Of a DNA stretch of 64,000 nt, positions 1 through 9,598 are shown in pieces; position 1 is the stretch's first letter, and each line of letters opens with the position of its first letter. A program made the position numbers and the translations under genes. This DNA comes from Hypanus sabinus (lineage: Eukaryota). The stretch is taken from positions 94,860,001-94,924,000 of the forward strand of contig NC_082714.1 of assembly GCF_030144855.1 (NCBI RefSeq), in the 5' to 3' direction. The notes below the pieces were generated by a model, which saw only the letters and a program-made list of their open reading frames with translations, was not told the origin of the DNA and did no database searches.

Positions 1-881
1 GACCTGCCTTTTGTATCATCAGATGCGTGTCCAGGCTCCTGAGCCAGGGTAAATACTTTCACACATTTAACACTTTCAAGGACTGGACAACTAATGTTAT
101 TTACTAATTTATTTATGCATCCATTTATCAATTTATTAGTGTATTTGTTGTTTCTGCACAATTTGTCTGTTTCCGCACAATGGTTGTTTGTCTGTTTTCG
201 TTTCTGCGTATCTTACTTGATTCCATTATGTTTCTAAGTATCTACTGCGAATGCCTGCAGGAAATTGAATGTCAGCTTAGTATATGGTAACATGCACATA
301 TTTTTACAGTTAACTTGATTTGAATTTTCAACTTCATGATCCCAAACTTTGGGACGCCTTCTATTTACATAACGTAATTTAATCAATCCAGTGCTTACTG
401 TTTAATTGTCATTGCACGTTGATGGCGAAGTTATCGTCAAGATGGGGGAATGTTTGGTATTGTGTGGATTTGATAATTGTGACCTTGAACGGTTTAGATC
501 TCAATAATTACTTAGGAAGAATCGATGAGGCCGACTGCTTTCTGTTGTTACAGACAACATCTGCCGATATAGACATCTAAAATCAGCTTTAACTGAGTCT
601 GTACAAACTTCTACATGACGGGATATGTGACACAAATGAAGCTGAAACATTTTAGAAGTGAGAAGTTAAGGTTTTGTAGATAATTGAGGTCGCCATTCCC
701 AGATTCCAACTGTCGGGCGGTCTGTCTCCGCCCCATCCTTACCCTGGCGCCTCCCACTCATTAACATTTCCGTTAATAAACAGACCAGGGGCCACCGGTT
801 TGCAGAAGCTGGATCCGGAGTCGCTCCCTTTGTTTATAGAACAGTGCACGAGTCGGTCGAAACATTGCTCTATCCGTAATA

Positions 882-930
882 ATGTCCCGTGTGCTGCCTC
901 TCCTCTGGGCTCTACTGGTTCACTTATCAG
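882..930 (+). CDS. Ig light-chain leader exon L1 (MSRVLPLLWALLVHLS-G), cluster 1
   Basis: ATG at 882, 49-nt hydrophobic exon, phase-1 donor CAG|gtgagt at 931, 94-nt intron to acceptor catcgcag|gt at 1024/1025. This is the typical Ig split-leader layout. Confidence 0.9.
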
Positions 931-1024
931 GTGAGTGTCTTATTGCTTAAAAAAGCGACTACCGCTGATTTTCTAGCGCGTATTAAATGATTAGTGAGAC
1001 TTCTCTTACTGTGTTTCATCGCAG

Positions 1025-1382
1025 GTATCCTAGCGGTCCCAGTCCTCAATCAGACACCAACGTCCGGTCCTGTCTCCGCGGGACAAACGGCTCGCTTGGA
1101 GTGTCGGATGCAGAACGGAAAGGTTGGAAGTTACTACATGCACTGGTATCGACAGCGTCCCGGGGAGAAACCGGAGGGGTTGATTAGGCACGATCCAGTG
1201 GGTGATGATGATATATACCGAGGGAATGGGATCACAGACCGTTTCCAACCATCCAGAGACACTTCCAGCAGCATTCACATCCTGACCATCGGCAGCTTCG
1301 AGATCCGGGACGCCGCTGTTTATTACTGTGCAGCGTGGGATAATGCACATTTTCGGTCCAGGCACCATCCTGGATATAAAGA
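1025..1382 (+). pseudogene. Germline-joined V-J exon of an Ig light chain (type I / NS5 / sigma-cart-like); J is out of frame by 1 nt
   Basis: V reads GILAVPVLNQTP..LECRMQNG..MHWYRQRPG..DRFQPSRDTSS..LTIG..DAAVYYCAAWDNA. It is directly followed by J (att ttc ggt cca ggc acc atc ctg gat ata aag a|gtaagt = IFGPGTILDIK) in the +1 frame, with no heptamer/nonamer between V and J. Confidence 0.88.
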
Positions 1383-2651
1383 GTAAGTGACTCGCTCTTT
1401 CCGTTACTAGGAATTCACATCATATTCCCTCCTATTTCCCACAGCTGTGGAAATAACCATGCAGGGAATAATGATGCCATCTCTATGCTGTGGGGGTGTT
1501 TGACCTGCCTCGAATAGGAATAGGAGCCCAATCGATCCCTCTAACCAGCCATTATTCAATTTCATGACACTTATGCACGAGGTACATACCGCCATTCAAA
1601 TGCACCAGTCTGGTGTTGTGGGTGACGAGATCGGTCAAGTATTTTTCCACATTTATCATTGAATCCAGGTCCATTTCTGCGGGAATCGGAAGCAATCTTA
1701 CCCAATCCGCAAGATGAGGATACAAAAATTTCCCCAATATTCAGAACTGCTATAAATGGTAGCTAACGCCTTCAGAGTTGGCCACCTTGGATTCACATTT
1801 TCAACAAGGGCACGAACAATTAAGGAAAACAACAGATATTGTAAGGTATATTGCAGAAAAAATGCTAGAAAGCTAGCGGTCTGGTCAGAGGGAGGAGTGC
1901 GACAGGTTGGGTTTGCAGGTGTCCGGCAGGTAATCACGGTCTGATCTGAACTTTTCTTGTTTCTACAATTCTGTTCTGCTCACGGGCCCACTCTTCTTTT
2001 CCGCCATTACTTCTGCCATCACTGGGCGAGGAGATTTGGACATTCTGAAGCACACAAAATCAGGGAGGGAGGGACAAATTCAATATCTGGGAGTTACCGG
2101 AATTCAATGGGGAATTCGCTCGGCACAGTGGCCAGTAACAGGTTGGCACCGCATTTGTTCATAATAGTGGGGTCCGTAGTTACGGTAATTGCTTTTTGGA
2201 ATTGGGAAAGCTCTGTTAGAGAGGAGTGTAGGTTAGAAATCCAGAGTTTGCAGAGCTCCTTCAAGCGAAAAATGAGTCAATTCACGGCCCAGTTACGGAT
2301 CTGAAGAACTATTGGTGTCCGGCAGTAAACACGAATCTACAGAAATACCAGTAATTGGGGAGAACCATGTGCAGGAATTGTTGAGTGGTATGAATGAGGC
2401 TCCGGATTCCCCTCCCGGTAAGTCAGTGGATGTTAAAGTCCACTTAGGATTGTGACTAATCTGGAAAACCACTCACTGACGCTTTGCTCACTGATGGAAT
2501 GATTGCATCCACCGCCACAATTTTCATCGTTTGCTTCAGTATTCGGTAGCTTCTGAATATTCCCTGGCGGAGTATTTTTTTATTCACGAGTTACGAAAGT
2601 CTAAGAATTAAAATTGTTTCTATTCCCCTCCATCTCCTCTCTCACACACAG

Positions 2652-2980
2652 GTAGCGAGTCCAGGAGGCCCTCGGTTCTTTTGCTCCCTCCCTCCGCAAA
2701 AGAGACCGGCTCGGGTTCGGCTACTCTGTCCTGCCTGGTGAGTGGTTTTAAACCGGGCTTGGTAGCGCTTCGCTGGAGCGTGGATAACGTCGAGACGGAG
2801 ACCGGAGTGACGACGGGCACCGCGTCACCGGATACCGACCAGACCTACAGGCTGATCAGCTACCTGCGGGTTCCCGTCGCTGCCTGGGAAAAAGGTTCCA
2901 GTTATTCCTGCAGCGTGAGCCACAGCTCGCTGAGCTCGCCTCTGCGTCACACCATCTCTTCGTCGGCCTGTTCGCAGTGA
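2652..2980 (+). CDS. Ig light-chain constant (C1-set) exon, intact, cluster 1
   Basis: Polypyrimidine acceptor cacacag|gt at 2651/2652. Reads SESRRPSVLLLPPS..ATLSCLVSGFKPG..LRWSVD..SYLRVPVAAWEKGSSYSCSVSHSSLSSP..ACSQ*. Both Cys, the Trp and the C-terminal interchain Cys are present, and it closely resembles shark type I light-chain C regions as I recall them. Confidence 0.95.
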
Positions 2981-4159
2981 GGCCGCGCAGTTGACAGCAC
3001 ACGTGAATTGTTTCCACTCACTGGGACTGTGTAGCCGCATTGTGTAATGTAATTGTGCATTAACATCCGCTTCTGGGAACAAACAAATGTTCAGTTTATT
3101 TCAGAAATGAGCGCGATGATTGTCCGTCTTTTGCGACGCATGATTATATCCACTGTAGAATTATATCCACTGTACTGAATCTGATTTCTGCTGTGTGTAC
3201 AATGGAGCGATCTCCCTGTGACTGTGTTATGATTGGATCTTGTGAATCACAACTCTTAGTAAAGCTGCAACTACTGGTTGGTTTATCATGGTCTGTCCTT
3301 ACTAGCGGTAAATTGGGAGTTTGCTGGCACAGAACGTGCCGTCTGCAAACCGAGTCACACAGAATTACGCTCAAATCCACTCAGTTATCCTATTCCGCCC
3401 TTCCTGACGAAAGCCGATCTCTCTGTCCTGCGTTGGTCTCTTCGGTCTTCGTTAATCTCCCAGCATTACAGGGAACTTATTTTCCCCATCGCCCTGTACC
3501 TCTGCTCTTCATTTCCTACCATCACTGTGTGAAGGAGATCAGACTTCTCACTATATTTTGGCCACATGGTGCCCATGAATGAGGTAATTAAGCTGCAGGT
3601 GTGTTTACCCAAGATTCAGTCACGCTCTGCACCTGATGTTATCTGATCTCTTAGTTCCACCTCAAACGACCTACTTGCACGCCTCGAGATCACGTCAAAC
3701 GCCCGCCCCACCCCCTCCCCTCCACCCTCATCCCCAGCACATCCAGCCGGCACACAGACACACACGCACACGAGCACACAAGCATATAACCTCCCGACAA
3801 ACTCAGCAAATTGCCTTCTGTAACGCCTGAGTGTCCAAAGTCGACGCTGTAACAATCAGGGTGAAAGCATCTGCTCCATTTCTTATCTGTCACCACTTAG
3901 ACATGTTATCCGATCCCTTACAGAAAACCTCCGCGCGGGAATGCTTTAAAGAACTGGGCAACTGAACATTTTAAAATAACACAGAGAAACCGGAGTAGAC
4001 CATTCAACGCTTTCCTCCCACTCCTTCATCCAAAATGATCAATGTGGAACTGTCCTCTCAGTTCCGGTTTCCTTTAATGACCCACCAATTCACTGAATAT
4101 CTAAACCCGTCTCAGTCATTGGAAACTCCCCGCCAGTCAATGTGACGTTATCGTCAAAA

Positions 4160-4500
4160 GTCAAAGTAATTTTATTATCGAAGTACAGATATGTCTACCA
4201 CCCTGGCATTCATTTTGTTGCGGACATTTCGAGTTTAACAGAAATACAATATACTATAGAATCAATGAAAATCCGCAAATAAATACTTTACATATGTAGT
4301 TGGATGGATAGCTAGATAGGTAGATGGGTAGATATATACATAGATAACACTCATGACACGAGTTGTAGAGTTTTTGAAAGTGAGACCATAAGTTTTGGAA
4401 TCAGTTCAGAGTGGTGGTTTTTGAAGTCATTCATACTGTTCCTGTAGTCTGATGTTTGAAGGGCAATAACTGTTACTGAACCTGGCGTTGTGGGGCTTAA
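4160..4500 (+). mobile_element. Short interspersed repeat (SINE / LINE-tail family), shared by both duplicates
   Basis: Starts caaaagtcaaagtaattttattatc. Related copies occur at ~12330-12660, ~28635-28990, ~49235-49300 and in reverse at ~100-330 and ~42030-42095. Confidence 0.55.
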
Positions 4501-4838
4501 GGTCTGTCTATTAATCACATGGAATAGAGTTGCTGAACCGGGAACAAGAGCGAGATGACGAAAGACCCCGTGTGCACAAGTTTAAGTTAAATCCTGCCGG
4601 ATTAATAGAGTGAGTGTGACTGAGAAGACCGGTGTATTTAACAGGCCCATGCAATCACAGAGAGTTTAGATAAATTTCGCACAAATCATTCACTACGTGA
4701 ACTGAGGAAATCTGTTAGGGTTGCTTTGAAGATGGAACGGCAGCGATGATAAAGCACATCTTACAATACCCGAGGGGAGGAACAGAGTGGTACAAATCCA
4801 AGCTTATAAACAGATAAATATTTAACGGGTTTCTTTAG

Positions 4839-5092
4839 AAGAAAAAGGAGGCTCCAACCAAGGTACGCAGTGATTGTGAGCTGGCTGATGCTCCGTAAGT
4901 GTGTTTCACTGAAAAGGGCTGAGCGGTATTTCCAGCTGGATCTGATCCCATTTTTACAGAGGCGATTATTGCACAGGTTTGAAACCCGGACAATGTAGAG
5001 ACCTGGAAACAAAAGAAATTTTGAAAATACCGGAAATCTGAAGAAACACTCACATAAAATCACAAATTGCTGGAGGAACGGGAAGGAATAAA
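4839..5092 (+). other. Candidate orphan 3' exons (24-nt micro-exon, 97-nt intron, terminal exon with AATAAA)
   Basis: tttaac..ttctttag|24 nt|gtacgc, then ccatttttacag| at 4959/4960 and AATAAA at 5087-5092. All are conserved with the same intron length at 29361-29614. Parent gene not identified. Confidence 0.3.
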
Positions 5093-5419
5093 GAGTCGAC
5101 TTTCCATGCCCAATCTGCAGCGGAAACATTGTAAAACAGTCGGTTAAATGCACCATATAATGAGAATATAATCCGGACCCCCTTCGTGGATGTCGAGATA
5201 TAAATTTATTTTCCACATCGGCATTACCTCTACATGTCAACTACAACGGCAATATGCAAACTAAATATTATGGTATACTGAATGAATAATGATACTGAAT
5301 ATAAAAAGTTCAGATCTCATATTGGAAAAGGTGAGCACGAATGATGTGGTGAAGGTAGAATTCACCCATTCGCCGGAATATAGTCAGTAGACAAGGTTCA
5401 ACAGTTAAAACAAGCGGCG

Positions 5420-5730
5420 TTCTCATCTCTTCACCGCCTGTTACCCGTTCTTTTAATCCCCTACAATCGGGCATTTTCAGCATTGGGACAAGAACTGTTC
5501 GGATGGGAGACAACTTGCTCTCCCGATCCGTGAGACGACTGAACTCCCTGTCACCACCCAGGTCTCTTCACTTAGGAAGCGCCTATAACGTTACATTGTT
5601 TACGTTTTAATTTCTGTCGTAAATACACCTGATACTAAAACTCAGTCTTCTTGAATCTGTTTTATTATATGTTAATTAATTTCGAGTAATATTATGTCAT
5701 ATGTTTTGTGTCAATTCTATGCTCTATGTA
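5420..5730 (+). mobile_element. Rex1/Babar-like LINE 3' end (also at ~29940-30245)
   Basis: Degenerate C-terminal motif TVRMGDNLLSRSVRRLNSL, matching the T.R...SFFP.A.RLLNS end seen intact at 19650-19695. Confidence 0.55.
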
Positions 5731-5879
5731 ATAGGCTGCTTACAAACCTTCTAAATATACGTCTTCTGAGTTACTCTCACTGACATCTACAGCCTGAAAT
5801 TCCCCTTTAAACAACGTCCTTTTCAATCTTCCTCAACTACCGATCTCATGATCTTCTGAAGGGCTGAGCAGACATAACT

Positions 5880-6525
5880 CTCAAGCATGCAGGAATGGAA
5901 GTTTTAAGCGGACGAAGGTACATGAGCATGGCCGGAAGAGAAGGGGGAGGGGTGGACTCCAGACCAGACTGAACTGCCAAGCAATGAGCGGTCCTCTAGC
6001 CAGCATCTTGTTAGCAAATGTACATTCGCTGCAGAACAAGACTGAGGACCGAAAAGCAAGATTACCGTATCGGAAGGAAATGAGGTATAAGCCCCACAGG
6101 ATTCTTGATACAAAGGGTGAACCAGACTGCGGATTCGGAGAAGGCAAAATTTCAGAGTCTGTGTTGCAGGATAAATTCTCGGTGGCAACGGACCTGGCCG
6201 TTTTATTGTCCTTTCGTCCCTCCGAACTGGATCATATACCGATTAATTGCCGACCATTCTACTTATCAAGAGAGTTTTCCTCCACGATCCTGAGCGCAGT
6301 TTGCATAACGTCAAAAGTTGACATTAATCAAACAGTCGAGATATCGAATGTTGCTATCGCCAAACAAGACACGGTCCACCCCAACATTTTTCAGATCATA
6401 ATCGAGGACTTCAGTCAGGCTAGTGTTGATGAAGAAATCTCAGCATAATTATCGTCAACATAAAAAGTGCTGCAGCATGTCCCAACATTCTACCACTGCT
6501 ATAATAAGGAACAAGTTAGAATAAG
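5880..6525 (+). mobile_element. Rex1/Babar-like LINE, AP-endonuclease fragment
   Basis: ORF 5984-6448 has LASILLANVHSLQNKTEDRKARL, a typical N-terminus for the endonuclease of this clade. Frameshifted downstream. Confidence 0.7.
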
Positions 6526-6526
6526 G

Positions 6527-7525
6527 AGGCCATGGATAGACATATCAAAATGGGAATGGGACGTGGAATTAAAATGTGCGGCTACTGGGAGATCCTGTTT
6601 TCTCTGGCGGGCAGACCGTAGGTGTTCAGCGAAACTGTCTCCCAGTCTGCGTCAGGTCTCACCAATATATAAAAGGCCACACGGGAACACCGGACGCAGT
6701 ATACCACACCAGCCAACTGAGAGGTGAAGTGTCGCCTGACCTGCAAGGACCGTCTGCGGCCCTGAATGGTGGTGAGGGAGGAAGTGTAAGGGCAGGTGTA
6801 TCACTTGTTCCGCTTACAAGGATAAGTGCCAGGAGGGAGATCGGTGGGAAGGGATGGGGGAGGGGGGACGATTGGACAAGGGAGTCGCGTAGGGAGCGAT
6901 CCCTGCGAAAAGCAGAAGGGAGAAGGGAAAGATGTGCTTGGTAGTGGGATCCCGCTGGAGGTGGCGGAAGTTACGTTGGACCCGGAGGCTGGTAGGGTGG
7001 TAGGTGAGGACAAGGGGAACCGTATCCTGAGTGGGGTGGTGGGCGGATGGGGTGAGGGCAGATGTGCGGGAAATGGGAGAGATGCGTTTGAGAGCAGAGT
7101 TGATGGTGGAAGAAGGGAAGCCCCTTTGTCTAAAAAAAGGAAGACATCGTCCATCGTCCTGGAATGAAAAGCCTCATCCTGAGAGCAGAGGCGGCGGAGG
7201 CGGAGGAATTGCGAAAAGAGGATAGCATTTTTGCAAGAGACAGGGTGGGAAGAGGAATAGTCCAGGTAGCCTTGAGAGTCCGTAGGCTTATAGTAGATAT
7301 CAGTAGATAAGCCGTCTCCAGAGATGGAGACAGAAAGATCAAGTAAGGGGAGGGAGGTGTCAGAAATGGACCAGGTAAATTTGAGGGCAGGGTGAAAATT
7401 GGAGGCAAAGTTAATGAAGTCAATGAGCTCAGCATGCGTACAGGAGGCAGCGCCAAAGTCGTCGATGTAGCGAAGGAAAAGAAGGGGACGGATACCCGTA
7501 TAGTTTTGGAACATGGACTGTACAA
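6527..7525 (-). mobile_element. Penelope-like element fragment (RT end, linker, GIY-YIG remnant)
   Basis: ORF 6801-7514 has FLRYIDD..FHPALKFT..LPLLDLSV..TDIYYKPTDSQGYLDYSSSHP..SQFLRLRRLCS. Confidence 0.85.
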
Positions 7526-7529
7526 ATCA

Positions 7530-8200
7530 CACGCTCATACCACAGTGCAGACTACGATACGGATCATGCTTTAATAAGCTGCAATATTAAAGTACGTCCG
7601 AAGAAAATCTACCACTCCAAACCAACTGGAAAACCTCGCATCAAAGCAACAGAGCAACAGAGATGAAGCAGTCAGAAAATGTTGAGCAGTTTGACAAGTC
7701 GGTACAGGATGCTATGACCACCTCCTCGCAAGGAGGTACTGCAACAGAACAATGGTCATACCTTCACGACACCATCCACGAATCAGCACTCTCTATCTTT
7801 GGAAGAAAGACCACAAAGAGCAGTTACTGGTTTGAGGCAAAGTCCACCATCATGAGTCCTGTCATTGAAGCCAGGCGTGCAGCTCTCACAGAGTACAAGC
7901 GCCCACGTCCAACCAAACACTGCAGGCAGTTCGATCTTCTAGAAGCAAAGTGCAACAGACAGCAAGGCAGTGCGCAAATGAGTACTGGCTCCAACTCAGT
8001 GAGGGCATTCAGACTGCAGCTGTGACAGAAAACATCAGATCGATGTATGATGGTATCAGGAGGGCCCTCGGCCCATCGCGGAGCAAGACAGCACCCCTGA
8101 AGTCACCCAGCGGTGAAATAATCACCAATAAAAGCAAACAGATGGAACGCTGGATAGAGCACTACTGTGCGCTCTACCCGAGGGAAAATGTCGTTGTTAA
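7530..8200 (+). mobile_element. RTE-type LINE fragment (endonuclease-RT linker)
   Basis: ARQCANEYWLQLSEGIQTAA..NIRSMYDGIRRALGP..APLKSPSGEIITNKSKQMERWIEHY. Confidence 0.7.
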
Positions 8201-9110
8201 CCTTCATGGTTAACGAGCCCCATCTGTCCGGAACAACTGGTTTTAAGGCGCCAGTGGTCCGCCTTTGCCCTTTCTCCTGTCAGTAAGAATAGCTCCACTG
8301 GGCAAAAGAACTGTGTCACTCGTAACGGCTGGGAGTTAGACTTGGTTGTCGGAGGCTACTTGAGACGCACGCCATGAAGAGCATTTGTTTAGCAGTGGGT
8401 GCTCGTCCCACTACTACCCTTCCACTATGACTACCTTGGAAACCTCTTAGTGGTAAGAAAGGCTAATAGAATGACAGCACTCATTTCAACACGGCTGGAA
8501 TATAAAACCAAGAATGTAATGTTGAGGCATTAAGCATGGGTCAGATCATACTTGGGAGTAATTTGGAAACCTTTATGTAAGAAAGGATATGTTAGTATTG
8601 GATAGGGTCCAGTATACTCATTGGAGTTTAAAAGAAAAAATTCATTAAAACCTATCAAACATTGAAAGGGTTAGAGCAGACACCGACTGCACACATCCTA
8701 CAGTGACGCAGCCTAAGACCAAAGGACAGCTCCTTAGAAGAAAGGGATATCCCTTTACAATGGAGAGGAGGAGGAATTTGTTCCGCTAGTGGGTAGCTCT
8801 TCTGTGGATCTCCTTACCATGGGCGGATATGGAGACCGTCATTCGGTTTATTTAAAACGGAGGTTGGTAGGCTCTTGATTTGTTAGAGTGTCAATGATGA
8901 TAGGGTCAATGTGGGTAAACAGAGTTGAGAGGAATATTAAATGGGCAATGACTGATTGGCAGAGCACACCATGGGGCGAATGGCTTAATTATGCTCCTGC
9001 AACTTATGGTTTTATCAATGCCAATAACAAATCTCGTTTTAATGAAAGAGGACAGTACGCAGGGGAGGGGTTTAGAAATACCAATAAAGATTTTATTACT
9101 GTCCAGATTG

Positions 9111-9598
9111 CACCCGAAGCTCTAATTTCTCAGCACCGTTTCATTTTATTATCTTTTGAGAGAGATGTGCAACAAATTACCTTTTAAAATATGCTCTATG
9201 TGCTCTAGAATTTCTGTTACAATCAGAAATTTCAGAAAACCAAACCATGAAGGAAATAAAACCAACAATTCAACAAGGTACTGATCTATAAGCAGTCCTC
9301 CTCAGAAATTTCCGTGCATTCCTAGATTGCATAGAAATTACCTAGTAAAGATTTTTGCTCCTCGTGCATGTGAAATATGTAAGCCTTCAATTCAATTATG
9401 GTGCTAAAATTTGGATAATGAACAAAAAAAAGTGTTGACTTCTCCAGCATTGAATTGTTCTATCACTAAGAAGCAATACTTGCAATAAACGTAATTAATT
9501 CTAGAGCACATAGAGCATATTTTAAAAGGTAATTTGTTGCACACTTCTCTCCAAAGATAATGAAATGAAACGGTGCTGAGAAATTAGAGCTTCGGGTG
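9111..9598. mobile_element. MITE / non-autonomous DNA transposon with 102-bp terminal inverted repeats
   Basis: 9111-9212 is the reverse complement of 9497-9598 with 4 mismatches (hand count). The spacer is 284 bp and AT-rich. Termini CACCCG...CGGGTG; flanks ATTG / TTTG. Confidence 0.75.

Larger units (their letters stand above)
2..6525 (+). repeat. Segmental duplicate unit A (IgL cluster 1 plus flanks), paralogous to 21356-31045
   Basis: Colinear similarity from the window start (acctgccttttgtatcatcag at 2 vs acctgcctgttgtatcatcag at 21356) through promoter, L, VJ, intron ends, C, downstream unique DNA, SINE and LINE fragments. Similarity ends where a Penelope fragment starts at ~6527. The unit may extend left of the window. 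Confidence 0.9.

Noticed and set aside
994-1024. ORF-track start giving MRLLLLCFIAG as the signal peptide
   Set aside because: It starts at a GTG inside the leader intron. The real leader is the spliced exon 882-930.
2981-3120. Polyadenylation signal for the IgL transcripts
   Set aside because: No canonical AATAAA shortly after either C stop (only ATTAAC / ATTAAT), so none is called.
3144-3582. Overlapping ORFs on both strands downstream of C, partly open in both copies
   Set aside because: No domain similarity, and the third copy at 56303 has stops and frameshifts, so this is treated as non-coding.
4761-5240. 159-aa hydrophobic minus-strand ORF, also open at 29193-29651
   Set aside because: No recognisable domain or splice signals on that strand. 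The splice and polyA signals are on the plus strand, and shared openness is expected from recent duplication.
9111-9140. MITE termini as RAG-transposon or RSS-like ends
   Set aside because: Only the first three bases (CAC) match. There is no heptamer or nonamer and no 5-bp TSD.
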